Both the position numbers and the translations under genes were made by a program. From the IMG/VR virus record IMGVR_UViG_3300037553_000311, positions 28,685-92,684 of that record: a stretch of DNA of 64,000 bases. One strand, written 5' to 3'. Every line of letters begins with the position of its first letter. The first letter of the stretch is position 1. Source of the stretch: a virus. Positions 1-10,305 of this stretch are shown piece by piece. The notes below the pieces were generated by a model. It was not told where the DNA came from. It ran no database searches and saw only the letters and a list, made by a program, of their open reading frames with translations.

Positions 1-372
1 GAGGAATTAGGTCTATCTAAATTACCATTAAAAGATGGTGGTTCTCATGCAGTCAATCAGCGACGTCACTTCATGGATTATACTGTATATAATGCATTCG
101 ATAGTATATCATTATATCTACTAGAGATGAAGAATAATGATCTATTAGCGATGTCTATTCTTGCTGGTATGACTCCAATATCTAAGTTTGCAGCAGCTGG
201 TATCAAAAGTACCAATAGTACTTATCGTCATCATTTAGCTAAAGGTAAGATCTTAGCTAGTGTTAGTAATCTTGATAACTATGTGAAGTTAGATAAGTTA
301 TTTAGTAATTGTGGTGGTCTAGTATTACCTCCGCATAATGTTGAAAATGTAGGGATATGCTTAGATATCTAG
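1..372 (+). CDS. DNA polymerase (family B, phiKZ gp82-like exonuclease-bearing subunit), 3' part; runs in from the window edge
   Basis: Frame 1 is open from base 1 (EELGLSKLPLKDGG...). ExoIII-like YNAFD motif. Colinear with the next ORF, which carries motif A. Confidence 0.75.
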   Translation, partial: EELGLSKLPLKDGGSHAVNQRRHFMDYTVYNAFDSISLYLLEMKNNDLLAMSILAGMTPISKFAAAGIKSTNSTYRHHLAKGKILASVSNLDNYVKLDKLFSNCGGLVLPPHNVENVGICLDI

Positions 373-376
373 TACT

Positions 377-458
377 GTATACTCCTACGTGAAGGTCATA
401 TTTAGCCTATTTTAGATTCACCACTCCCGATATAATAGGTACTGAGAATGGAGTATAT
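377..458 (+). repeat. Degenerate copy of the dispersed CCTACGTGAAGGTCATATTT element, between the two polymerase ORFs
   Basis: cctacgtgaaggtcatattt is identical to copies at about 10060 and 51597, with weaker similarity continuing downstream. Confidence 0.8.
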
Positions 459-479
459 AGATAATTGGAGAATGTCACC

Positions 480-779
480 ATGTCAAATGATACCACTAGT
501 AGTGATAATAAAGTACCGACTACACTTTCTTTATACGTGAGTCAGTGTGATTTTAAATCAGCATACCCATGTATCATGCGTACAGCTAATATATCTAGAG
601 ATACGTTCACAGGAGTAGTATATAGTATCGAAGGTAGAGATAGATCATCAATCATAGATTACTATTCTAACCTGATACATCTAAGAGAAAATGCAGTATA
701 CTTATGTAGTGAGTATCATAATTTCCCAGATTACCTAGAGATGGATGATGTGGTAAGTCAGTACTTATCTACTCAGTGA
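480..779 (+). CDS. DNA polymerase fragment carrying family-B motif A
   Basis: QCDFKSAYP matches DxxSxYP. GGAG RBS at 467-470 precedes the ATG at 480 (ORF track start 465). Confidence 0.75.
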   Translation: MSNDTTSSDNKVPTTLSLYVSQCDFKSAYPCIMRTANISRDTFTGVVYSIEGRDRSSIIDYYSNLIHLRENAVYLCSEYHNFPDYLEMDDVVSQYLSTQ

Positions 780-854
780 TTATGCACATATCTTTTTATT
801 CACCAGCATCATACCTATAGGTGATAAATGAAAAATTAATTATAAGGTGACATT

Positions 855-1514
855 ATGCAGTATGTATTCTTTACAGGACGGAATAGAGTAGGTAAGACAA
901 CATTATCTCTAGCATTACATCAGTATCTAATTAGTAATGGTAGTGATGTTGAAATAGTATCATTTGCAGAGGCTATGAGGTATGAGATAGTTGAATATTA
1001 TGGTATCCCATATGATGTAATATTTGATAAGAGTATAGATAAGAATACATATATGATCACATTAGGTGATTACCCATATCTAAATGAAGCTGTAGAGTTA
1101 CATATATCTAGTGGACTTACTGATAATGAGGATACATTTAAGTCAACCACATATACATTACGAGAACTACTTATAACACATGGTACTCATATCAGACGTA
1201 AAGATGATAATGATTATTGGGTGAAGTTATTTTCACATCATGCCATGGTGCTAGCTGAACGTGGAGTAGATATGATGATCGTAGATGATGCTAGATATCA
1301 GAATGAATTTGATACTATAGCTACATGTGATCTCATATTCTGGTTAGATAATGGATTCACAGGTACGTCAGATCTACCACAAGATAATGTTGTCGCTTGG
1401 TATCGTGCAAATAGAGATAGATGTATCAGCATGGATATACCTATCCCACTGTCACCGAGTAAATGTGATATCATACTACAAGATGTAATTAAACACATAG
1501 GAGATCGTACATGA
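855..1514 (+). CDS. Deoxynucleoside monophosphate kinase
   Basis: P-loop GRNRVGKT; SFAEAMR, LRELL..GT and DDARYQNE motifs typical of phage dNMP kinases. Confidence 0.8.
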   Translation: MQYVFFTGRNRVGKTTLSLALHQYLISNGSDVEIVSFAEAMRYEIVEYYGIPYDVIFDKSIDKNTYMITLGDYPYLNEAVELHISSGLTDNEDTFKSTTYTLRELLITHGTHIRRKDDNDYWVKLFSHHAMVLAERGVDMMIVDDARYQNEFDTIATCDLIFWLDNGFTGTSDLPQDNVVAWYRANRDRCISMDIPIPLSPSKCDIILQDVIKHIGDRT

Positions 1515-2074
1515 TACATAGTAAGACTACGTTAAACTGTCTCTCAATCGATCTTGGATCTAATCTCGGTTGGGTGAAAAGTCGAATCACATTACAACCT
1601 AAGCTCAAGTTAGACGTGACTGAGCATAATACAATAAATCTAAATAAGCTCACTGATATAGAGATGCGGAATGATTTTAATAATGTGTATCATCGGAACC
1701 GTGTCAAGTTGACTATCTTAGAAGACATACTAACAAAACTGACTAGTCGTCTTAAATATGATCTATATATAGTGGAAGATGTATTTGCTAATCCATATAG
1801 AGTAGCAGCTTTTAAATCTCTACTACTGATGATGGATACATTAGAGCGTATAGTTAATATTAAACATGGTAAGAGACTACACACGATAGCACCAATGGCT
1901 ATCAAAAAGATAGTAGCTGATATGGGTAATGCTGATAAGATGGCTGTACAAGAAGCATTACTAGCTAATGAAGATATCACTATCAGGAAGCCAGATCTAT
2001 TAACTGAACATACAAGTGATGCAATCGGTGTAGCGTACGCCTTCAGTAAAAAGTACCTACTCAATAGTATTTGA
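1511..2074 (+). CDS. ruvC: RuvC-like Holliday junction resolvase
   Basis: SIDLGSNLGW, VED, KKIV..MGNADK..V and EHTSDAIGVAY motifs. Confidence 0.85.
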   Translation: MIHSKTTLNCLSIDLGSNLGWVKSRITLQPKLKLDVTEHNTINLNKLTDIEMRNDFNNVYHRNRVKLTILEDILTKLTSRLKYDLYIVEDVFANPYRVAAFKSLLLMMDTLERIVNIKHGKRLHTIAPMAIKKIVADMGNADKMAVQEALLANEDITIRKPDLLTEHTSDAIGVAYAFSKKYLLNSI

Positions 2075-2164
2075 CATATATCACTACTCACTACCGCATA
2101 CGTGGTAGTGAGTAGTGTCTTTGTTTATTCACTCTGAAGTAGTAGTAAAAGATATCTACTCATC

Positions 2165-2187
2165 TCAAGTATATATTACTACAGTAG
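2165..2187 (+). promoter_or_regulatory. Putative early (virion RNAP) promoter
   Basis: tcaagtaTATATTAC-type conserved motif upstream of thyX. Confidence 0.7.
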
Positions 2188-2243
2188 ATCATATTAAACG
2201 ATAGCGTGAAATAGTTCACTCATATACATCATCAGGAGATACC

Positions 2244-3551
2244 ATGATTAACATATCTAAATTAGACACCAGCGAGATCTCATCAGCTAAACTATTAGCA
2301 AGTATATGCTACCAGCCATCATTATCAGTAGCTAAACAAAAGTGTCAAAGTGTCCCACTCAAGAGAGGATTATATAACACTGGACATCATACTACGTTTG
2401 AGAGTACCCATCATACATTTATGATAGAATCTATACCGGTGTCACTAGTCACATTTGGACTACATATGAATCACCCATTTTATAACTCACTACAACGGAG
2501 TGGTAGATATTGTACAGACATGTTCAATTCAGATACACTACTACCTCACGTCAGTGAATTTATAGATAAGTATCTCATAGGGAATGACTTTAATGTAGCT
2601 GATAGATTGAGACTGATAACATATGTATTCTCAGGAGTAAAGTTATATCAAGACTATATCGATATCATCACAGAAGATGCAATCTTAGCTATAGTTAAAG
2701 AACGTCCTAACTTACCTAGTAAAGTTATCAATATGCAAGCTACTAGATTTGCTCAAGAGCAATTACGCTGTGTCATATCTACAATTACCCCAACAGGATT
2801 AGCTCATACATTATCTACTATCGCATTAGCTAGTATGTATAATGTATCTTGGAATCAACCATTGAGAGATATCCTATTTGATATGGTAAAGTTATCTACT
2901 ACAGGTACAGAGTTAGAATTTATACTAGATGGAGTTCGACCTATAAATCATTGGGTACCTACTATGTCCACTCATGATGTATCTTTAGCTATATCACCTA
3001 TCGTATCTAACGTGTCTGGTAAGCATCCAAATATACTTAACACTATACCAGATAAGCTCAATCTATCACCATATGATCCACATACTTCAGATACATTAGA
3101 TGATAACATCACTACAGAGATATCTACATCTATCATGAGTTATGGACAAGATCAACGTCATCGTACCATAGAGAGATCTAATCCTCATATCACATGTAGT
3201 TTATATATACCACCATTACTAAGGAGACATAGTGAATTAGTAGCTAGATATAGTGACATCAAACAGAACTGGATAAGTATGACTAGACACTATGGTCTTG
3301 ATAAACTCATCCACTTCATTCCATATGGATCAATGGTGAAATATACTGAACGAGCTACTACTAAAGCATTTCATCATAAGACAGCTAAACGATTATGTCT
3401 TAAATCTCAAGAAGAGATATATGAAGTAGCTAGGTTAAGTAATATAGCTAATGGAACTAATCTATCACCACCATGCATCTCTCGCAGATGTCGTGAGACG
3501 GTAACATGTGGTCGTGTACGTGATTCTGATGTCAGTAGAGATTTGATATAA
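2244..3551 (+). CDS. thyX: FAD-dependent thymidylate synthase, long two-domain form
   Basis: GHHTTFE, QDQRHRT and RLCLKSQEEI motifs. Confidence 0.8.
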   Translation: MINISKLDTSEISSAKLLASICYQPSLSVAKQKCQSVPLKRGLYNTGHHTTFESTHHTFMIESIPVSLVTFGLHMNHPFYNSLQRSGRYCTDMFNSDTLLPHVSEFIDKYLIGNDFNVADRLRLITYVFSGVKLYQDYIDIITEDAILAIVKERPNLPSKVINMQATRFAQEQLRCVISTITPTGLAHTLSTIALASMYNVSWNQPLRDILFDMVKLSTTGTELEFILDGVRPINHWVPTMSTHDVSLAISPIVSNVSGKHPNILNTIPDKLNLSPYDPHTSDTLDDNITTEISTSIMSYGQDQRHRTIERSNPHITCSLYIPPLLRRHSELVARYSDIKQNWISMTRHYGLDKLIHFIPYGSMVKYTERATTKAFHHKTAKRLCLKSQEEIYEVARLSNIANGTNLSPPCISRRCRETVTCGRVRDSDVSRDLI

Positions 3552-3604
3552 ACAAAGATTACCTTCACTCACGCAGTAACATGCGTGAGTGAAGGTATCA
3601 TTTT

Positions 3605-4603
3605 TTATCCCCGATATGCTAATAGTAATACAAATACATCGTCATATAATTCAATCGTATATATGTCATCATGTTTCAATGCCATACGTAATGTGTCAAG
3701 ATCATCAGTATCAAATAGTAGCTTAGTGTTATATGCATCTAACATATCAGCTAGATCTATAGTGAAGTTACCCATTACACTAGCATCTCTAATAGTCCCA
3801 ATGATATTACTCAATCGTACATCATTTAATGTCTTGATACCCATCTTACCAGTATTAAAATCTAACCACATGAGAGCTGAAGATAGATTATTATTACCGA
3901 TACTGATGATATTATCCTCTATCTTATCTAAGAAATCATCACCTCTATTCACATCGATAGCTTTAGTATCATCACTCAATATATCAATATAAGCACCATT
4001 CAAGATATCTACATTAGATAGTTTCTTTATCTCAGAGAATGACCACCCATTTACATAATAAGGACGCATTACTTGCTTAGTAAATAACTTAGTTACTAAT
4101 CTAGATGCAGGAGTACAATCAACAGTATCACTCACTGATGTATATACTTTATCTATAACAAACTTACCATATATACCAGTAGTTACTGGATCATCAGATA
4201 ATTCATCATCTATACCTAAGTATACTAATCTAAAGATCTTGATCTTAGGCGATAGAGTATTATGTCTCACGCTAATCTTACCAGCGTATATATGGTATCC
4301 TGGTCTAAGTGCTATCAATGCATGTTTACCATTCACTTGCTTATTTAACTTATTAAACAAGATAGCATCTAGTAGCTCATCATTACTACCAGAAATGATA
4401 GTACCTAATGATGATACATATTTATCATTACGACCACCTGTCTCCCAGAAGGTGACTTCATTCTTTCTTATATTCACAGGGATATATACTTCCTCACCTA
4501 CTGTGATATACATGCGCATCAGCTCTACTATATCTGGTACAGCGAATGTACTCTTAGCATGAGATGTATCTGTTATGATCTTACTGACTATTATTTTATT
4601 CAT
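3605..4603 (-). CDS. Hypothetical protein
   Basis: 332-aa ORF with a GGAGAG RBS upstream on the minus strand. Confidence 0.75.
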   Translation of the reverse strand: MNKIIVSKIITDTSHAKSTFAVPDIVELMRMYITVGEEVYIPVNIRKNEVTFWETGGRNDKYVSSLGTIISGSNDELLDAILFNKLNKQVNGKHALIALRPGYHIYAGKISVRHNTLSPKIKIFRLVYLGIDDELSDDPVTTGIYGKFVIDKVYTSVSDTVDCTPASRLVTKLFTKQVMRPYYVNGWSFSEIKKLSNVDILNGAYIDILSDDTKAIDVNRGDDFLDKIEDNIISIGNNNLSSALMWLDFNTGKMGIKTLNDVRLSNIIGTIRDASVMGNFTIDLADMLDAYNTKLLFDTDDLDTLRMALKHDDIYTIELYDDVFVLLLAYRG

Positions 4604-4776
4604 TACACTCTCTCCATATGTTACATTTAAAGAAAGTGAGCAACTTAGTTAATCTCACGATACCACATGCGATCCATTTAAGTGGGTGATTCTTATTATG
4701 CGGCATATCGAATCTATCTATTATTATACAGTGTATCATGATATAAATTCCTATAGTATTTATGATGTGTCTATCA

Positions 4777-6330
4777 TTATTTGATACCTAATATTGACTC
4801 AATGTCAATGTGCTCTATCTTAGATGTAGTAGGATTAGAGTGTATATTTCTAACAAATGCTGGGTTACTATGGACGTCATCTGGTATACCTATAATAGGA
4901 TCTTCAAATAGGTAAGCACAGAACTTGTCTACTTCTGGAGTATCATCAACATATCTATGTTTACCCCATTGCATAGTTAGCCAAGATCTACCAGCATCAT
5001 CGAGTTCAATGTTCATATAAGCTACGAAATCAAATTCTCTCCCTATACCAATACTACCAGCAGTATGTCGTTCACCGAATTGCTTTACTGGATGTGGGAC
5101 ACCTGATCCTACGATATCACTAGCACCTCTATTTAATTGTGCGGCAGTAAAGAACGTAGTACCGACTGCTTTAAAGAAGTTACATGTTCGATTACATAGC
5201 TGATTTATCAATACATCATTACCAGAGCGACTAAATTTACCATCACCTTTCTTCATTAGCAGTAAGTAATCTATGATGCAAGCTACTATATTGTATCCTG
5301 AGTTAGTATACTTTTCATGTAACCTAACTAAGTCATCATAACCAAATTCATCAGGTAAATATCTCTCAATCACTATAGTGAATTCGCCACGATTAAAGTA
5401 ATCATAGATGGCATTTACTACATCTTCATCTGTCATATCACCTGATGGATTATTACCAGTGATAGACTTATACATCTGATTGAACATTTTCATCATACTC
5501 ATGTATCCGATATCTTCAAATGATATAATCAGGATCACTGGCTGTTTCCCAGGTATCTTAGGTGGAGTACTATAATCATTTATCCACTTAGCTAAAGACC
5601 TCAGCATACTACTCTTGTAATTATGTTGCCTAGCACAGAATAATACACTCTCACCTAAATAGAAACCACCTTTACTACCACACATCTTATTGAGACCTTG
5701 TAGTCCAGTCTTCAATATGTAATCTACATGTCTATCTTTATACATAGAGACAGCATCTTTGATACTAGACTTCTTACTAAAGTCAATCTTCTCTACAGGA
5801 CCACCTTTACCTATGAAACTATCGATATCCATGATAGTATTCTTAAAGTCACCTATGAGGTCTTTTATCTCTGTAATCTTATCAGTCTGATCTTCTACGT
5901 TATAAGCTAGTTTACATTCTCTAATGCTCCCATATAACTTACTGATATATGAGTTACTCTTATGCCATATAACTATGTTGTTGAGCTTCTCAGATAGGTT
6001 AGCTAATGTAGTAGCATTTGTCTTAGTCTTCAGTAATCCACGGATAGTTTCCTTTATCACCTTATCTCGTCTGAATACCTTATTACTTAAGTATCGAGTC
6101 ATCAGGTTACTGATATCTGACTTGTTTTCTTCTAGTAGTAATCCCTGGGAGATAACATCTTTGCATAACGATATATATAGATTACAGTAATTGATATTAT
6201 TAGTACTCAATGATGATGCGCTATCGACGTATAATTCAAATAGCTCATCAGCTAGATGCTTAGTTTTTACAGTATTGATATGCATTAGTAGTCTTAGTAA
6301 GTCATAAAATAAAGTAGCATCGATGTGCAT
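4777..6330 (-). CDS. dnaB: DnaB-like replicative helicase (phiKZ gp118-like)
   Basis: TGLQGLNKM, Walker A ARQHNYKS, IIDYL, FTAAQL and GKHR. Divergent from the capsid operon, as in phiKZ-like phages. Confidence 0.85.
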   Translation of the reverse strand: MHIDATLFYDLLRLLMHINTVKTKHLADELFELYVDSASSLSTNNINYCNLYISLCKDVISQGLLLEENKSDISNLMTRYLSNKVFRRDKVIKETIRGLLKTKTNATTLANLSEKLNNIVIWHKSNSYISKLYGSIRECKLAYNVEDQTDKITEIKDLIGDFKNTIMDIDSFIGKGGPVEKIDFSKKSSIKDAVSMYKDRHVDYILKTGLQGLNKMCGSKGGFYLGESVLFCARQHNYKSSMLRSLAKWINDYSTPPKIPGKQPVILIISFEDIGYMSMMKMFNQMYKSITGNNPSGDMTDEDVVNAIYDYFNRGEFTIVIERYLPDEFGYDDLVRLHEKYTNSGYNIVACIIDYLLLMKKGDGKFSRSGNDVLINQLCNRTCNFFKAVGTTFFTAAQLNRGASDIVGSGVPHPVKQFGERHTAGSIGIGREFDFVAYMNIELDDAGRSWLTMQWGKHRYVDDTPEVDKFCAYLFEDPIIGIPDDVHSNPAFVRNIHSNPTTSKIEHIDIESILGIK

Positions 6331-6434
6331 AATAATTCTCCAAAAATAATAGATTAATGTGTATGTGAATATACCTAGATTATTGTCTAAATGTATTCAC
6401 TTTAACTACCAGCTCTAATGAGAGGAAACTACCC

Positions 6435-7643
6435 GTGGTGACTGATAATAGAATAAATATAATGCGTCTGATAGCTAAATATGTAGATGCTATTTATCTA
6501 CGTAAAGCTACTAGAGATGATACATCACATATATCTAATGCAGCTCATAATCTAGTGAAGACTACTAGAATCACATTGAGGTCATCTAATTTAACTAAGT
6601 TAGAGAAGCACGTATTCGATAACTTAGATAGAGTATATCAGAATGTTACTACTAATACATTAAGTAGATATACAGATCTAGCTAACTTAGAATCATTAGT
6701 ACATATGTCAGAACCAACACTATCGATAATTGTCAATCCTATCATCAAATACCTGAAGAGTACATTAGCTATAGTAGGAGTACTAGATTACTCAGATACT
6801 AATATAGTTTTACCAAGGATACATATCACACCTAAAGATGAATTAGGTATCAATCACTGTAATCGCACATTATTTACTACTGAATATTCTATGACTACTA
6901 ACTCATCATATAATTCAATATATGCTAAGATCATCATCCCTGGTGAAATAGTAACACATACTCATCTGATAGATCTATGTAGTCTAGTAGCGATATCATC
7001 TCCACCATGTATAGGTAGTGTATCTCTATCAGAATATTTAAGTAGTCAAGTTGTAAGACGATATGTATATCTTACCAGATATGCAGTAGTAGATACTGAA
7101 CAAATATTAGAATACCTCAGTATCAATAATAATAACGTAATCACATTAGAGGAGATATTACATAATGTCAAATCAGATAGTTTTGTAAAGACGATAGGTA
7201 CTTTCGAAGAACTAGATGATGATACTACTGATAATCCAGATGAAGATCAAGTAGATCCCGACGATGATAGTGGAGATAATCCCGATGAAGATACTACTGA
7301 TAATCCACAAGACGATCAAGCAGATCCCGACGATGATAGTGGGGATGATCCAGCAAATACGCCTCCTCCTAGTGCTTCCAAAACTGATGAAGAGGGCGAT
7401 AACGATAATACACACGATAGTAAGAAAAGTCTCTTAGGTTTAGATTTAGAACTAGCTAAAGATGAGACACTCGATGATCTAATGTACAAGATGTACGTAG
7501 TAAATATACTTGATAAAGTAATAGCTGGTACTGATTATACCGCTGAAGTAGTTTCGGCAGCAACCATATGGAAGAGTCAGTATATATTCCTAGTGAGCGT
7601 TAAAGAGACGGAACGATTCTTAACTAATTTGAAAATAAAATAA
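6435..7643 (+). CDS. Putative virion structural protein (phiKZ gp119-like position) with an acidic repeat
   Basis: Lies between the helicase and the major capsid gene; duplicated D/E-rich segment. Confidence 0.6.
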   Translation: MVTDNRINIMRLIAKYVDAIYLRKATRDDTSHISNAAHNLVKTTRITLRSSNLTKLEKHVFDNLDRVYQNVTTNTLSRYTDLANLESLVHMSEPTLSIIVNPIIKYLKSTLAIVGVLDYSDTNIVLPRIHITPKDELGINHCNRTLFTTEYSMTTNSSYNSIYAKIIIPGEIVTHTHLIDLCSLVAISSPPCIGSVSLSEYLSSQVVRRYVYLTRYAVVDTEQILEYLSINNNNVITLEEILHNVKSDSFVKTIGTFEELDDDTTDNPDEDQVDPDDDSGDNPDEDTTDNPQDDQADPDDDSGDDPANTPPPSASKTDEEGDNDNTHDSKKSLLGLDLELAKDETLDDLMYKMYVVNILDKVIAGTDYTAEVVSAATIWKSQYIFLVSVKETERFLTNLKIK

Positions 7644-7655
7644 AGGAAATTACCC

Positions 7656-9845
7656 ATGAGCAATATTAACTTTGAAGAATTTATTGGTAGCTGCGAATCT
7701 CTTGATCTCCAAGCTACTCCAGATAATATGAATCATAATGAAGTACATGTGATCGGTGGCGTATATGGTCATGTGAAAGAGTTCCTCGTTCAGACTAATC
7801 TTGCTGGCGATCAGATGGCTTCACTTGAGTCATTCAATACTGCTATCAGCAACTTTAATCCTCAGGTAGCTCTTACTGATATCGGTCCTGAAGATATCCA
7901 GACACTTTGCGCATCTTGTGGTATCAGTGAAGTAGATATGCGTGCTGCTGTTGAATCAGTAGGACTGTGTATTCATAACTACACTAATAACTATGACCTT
8001 CAGACTCACTTCGCATCTTCTTCACCTTCCGCTTCTCATGGTGAATTTGAGATGAGGGATCTCGATACAATCTATGATCCTAAAGTAGTTGACAATATGT
8101 ACATGGACCCAAAAGCAGCCATTGAAGCATTTGGTGCCACTACTAATAATACTATCACTGATGCTAAAGTAGCTATCACTGTAAGTATCCTTAGGTTTCA
8201 CCGTTCAGTTATTCAACGTCTGCTTCCAACAGTCCCCACTACTTCGAACATCATGACTTTCAAAGTAGATCATCTTGAGACATATGACCTCACCAAGTCT
8301 CGTGATAATAATAGTTCAGTACGTGAAGGTGATCATCAGACTCCATTCGTTGACCTGTACAGAGATCCATCACCAGCGAATATCGATCCTAAGCCTATCG
8401 TTTTGCGTACAGCTAATGATACTACTCCTAATAAACTGATCGATGAGAATATTGTTAAAATTGGTACTGAACTCAACATGTTCGATTACTCTCTCGATGC
8501 TGGTACCTATGGGTACAATCATGTCGATTACACAGATCTTGTAGGTGATGATGTACGTATCAAATCTCTCTACATTACAGTGGGTGATGGTAGCGTTACT
8601 GAGATGGTTCCAGTTAACACTATGACAGAATCAGGAGCTCGTTTGGTAATGAGCCTCAATAATAATGATTCAGCTGATCGTTCAGCTAATCTCACTGGTG
8701 TAACTGGTCTCAAAGATGTTACTACTATCATGGATGGTACAGTATCTACAATCCTTGATGGCTTCAGTGCAGATGCAGTAATCAAAGTATCATACAACGT
8801 ATCTGGTAGCATCAACCTTAGGACTTCTAACTTGATCGTTCACGGTATCATCTCTGTTGAACTTTCTACTGTATCTGGTAATGCTGTAATCAGTGCTGAT
8901 CAGACCCTGTTCGACACTCTCACTATCGAGCTTGCAGCTTATGAAGTAGCAGCTAATTTCTCAGAAGAGAATGTACGTAAGACAACTAAAGCTCTCCGTA
9001 TCCTCTCTAAACAATATGGTTACGAGATCAAAGGATCAGCTAATACAGTAGTACAGTATTCTCTGAATCAGACTCGTCCAGAAGTAGTAATCGATGGTCT
9101 TGCTAAACTCCAGGGTATCGGAATCGATGATCGTGGTATCAATATCATCATGAATGGTATCAGTGAGATCAAAGACAAAATCACAGCAGAAGCTGCTCTC
9201 GATATCCATTACTCTAAATCTATTGCTAACTCTTATGTTAGTGGACAACGTATTCGCCCTTATGTATATCAGGGTAATATCGATGTGACAAATAGTGTAA
9301 CTATCAAAGAGTCAGATCGTCTTGGTGATGTCCGTTCTTATACTGAGAAAATCATGCTGGAAGTAGTAACACGTTTGATGAATGAGTCTTTTTATCAACA
9401 AGAGCTTGGTACTGGTGAGAAAGTAGTATTCAATGTACTCACCTCAGGATTTATCAAAGATGCACTCTTGACAGTTCCTCATTATCATGATCACTTGAGA
9501 GATACTTCAGCAGATGCAGTCAATGATGGTCAGGTAGAATTCCGTAGAACTCTTCCTAATGGTGTAGTGTTGAATATCTTTACCACTACATTTGAGTACA
9601 TGACTGATCGTATCATCATGGTACCAGTACGTCCTAATAATCCTCGTAGTACTCTGAACTTTGCTTGCAATGCAGTACGTGGTTCATTTGTAGCTCAAGC
9701 TACTCCTAGTGTAGATGGAGCTATTTACAATCAGCTCATCGCTAGTACTCGTGAGATGCCTATCGTACTCACACCTATGGCAGCTATGTTGACTGTCACT
9801 GGACTGTCTGCTGTATTTGAAGGTAATGGCGGACTCGGTGCATAA
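7656..9845 (+). CDS. Major capsid protein (phiKZ gp120-like)
   Basis: 729 aa; codon usage suggestive of high expression; N-terminal S/A-x-E protease-type sites (ASLES, AAVES, AAIEA); synteny with the helicase. Confidence 0.75.
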   Translation: MSNINFEEFIGSCESLDLQATPDNMNHNEVHVIGGVYGHVKEFLVQTNLAGDQMASLESFNTAISNFNPQVALTDIGPEDIQTLCASCGISEVDMRAAVESVGLCIHNYTNNYDLQTHFASSSPSASHGEFEMRDLDTIYDPKVVDNMYMDPKAAIEAFGATTNNTITDAKVAITVSILRFHRSVIQRLLPTVPTTSNIMTFKVDHLETYDLTKSRDNNSSVREGDHQTPFVDLYRDPSPANIDPKPIVLRTANDTTPNKLIDENIVKIGTELNMFDYSLDAGTYGYNHVDYTDLVGDDVRIKSLYITVGDGSVTEMVPVNTMTESGARLVMSLNNNDSADRSANLTGVTGLKDVTTIMDGTVSTILDGFSADAVIKVSYNVSGSINLRTSNLIVHGIISVELSTVSGNAVISADQTLFDTLTIELAAYEVAANFSEENVRKTTKALRILSKQYGYEIKGSANTVVQYSLNQTRPEVVIDGLAKLQGIGIDDRGINIIMNGISEIKDKITAEAALDIHYSKSIANSYVSGQRIRPYVYQGNIDVTNSVTIKESDRLGDVRSYTEKIMLEVVTRLMNESFYQQELGTGEKVVFNVLTSGFIKDALLTVPHYHDHLRDTSADAVNDGQVEFRRTLPNGVVLNIFTTTFEYMTDRIIMVPVRPNNPRSTLNFACNAVRGSFVAQATPSVDGAIYNQLIASTREMPIVLTPMAAMLTVTGLSAVFEGNGGLGA

Positions 9846-9869
9846 GTAGTACATGTAGTAGATACTAAA

Positions 9870-9904
9870 CTCCATAGCATACCTATCATGGGTATGCTAT
9901 GGAG
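9870..9904. terminator. CATAGCATACC palindromic terminator-family hairpin
   Basis: ctccatagcatacc-loop-ggtatgctatggag after the capsid gene. Confidence 0.8.
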
Positions 9905-9979
9905 GTCTTAGTGTACTTGATTGATAGATACAGCTTACGCCTTATACTAGTGATGGTAGTGATACTCGAATATAGCAAA

Positions 9980-10135
9980 TATGCACTTTGAAACTCAAAT
10001 CGTTATAGAACCGCATGTAGTGATTTGAAAATAGGCTAAAAAGAGCTTCCACGTATATCCCTACGTGAAGGTCATATTTGGGCATATTTGGATTTACTAC
10101 GTACGGTTCTATAGTGGGTGAAAATGGTGTATTTG
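9980..10135. repeat. Imperfect long inverted repeat made of two TACGTG-element arms
   Basis: Left arm tatagaaccgcatgtagt...cttccacgta is an imperfect reverse complement of right arm tacgtgaagg...tacggttctata. The right arm is nearly identical to 51588-51672. Confidence 0.75.
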
Positions 10136-10282
10136 AGTTACTTATTATCTTATCTGAAATATCCTGGGATTTTGAGATAGATGATCTATTAGTAGCTTAT
10201 TATTTCAGATACTATCTACTATTGAAACTGTGTAATAATATTATGCTAGTATATATAGTAGTAATCTAAATCAGTCACTATT

Positions 10283-10305
10283 TCAGGTATATATCACTAT
10301 AGTAG
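10283..10305 (+). promoter_or_regulatory. Putative early promoter
   Basis: tcaggtatatatcactatagtag. Confidence 0.7.

Noticed and set aside
370-480. TAG readthrough, recoding, ribosomal bypass or group I intron in the polymerase
   Set aside because: The downstream ORF is in another frame, a second in-frame TAG follows at 403, and other genes end in TAG. No matching ATC landing codon is present, and about 100 nt is too short for a group I intron.
6331-6434. Late nvRNAP TATG promoters upstream of structural genes
   Set aside because: A 4-bp motif in AT-rich DNA cannot be placed reliably by eye.
10078-10269. Short ORFs in intergenic modules (also 29624-29827, 44550-44732, 34736-34927)
   Set aside because: They run through repeat, terminator and promoter modules and lack an RBS.
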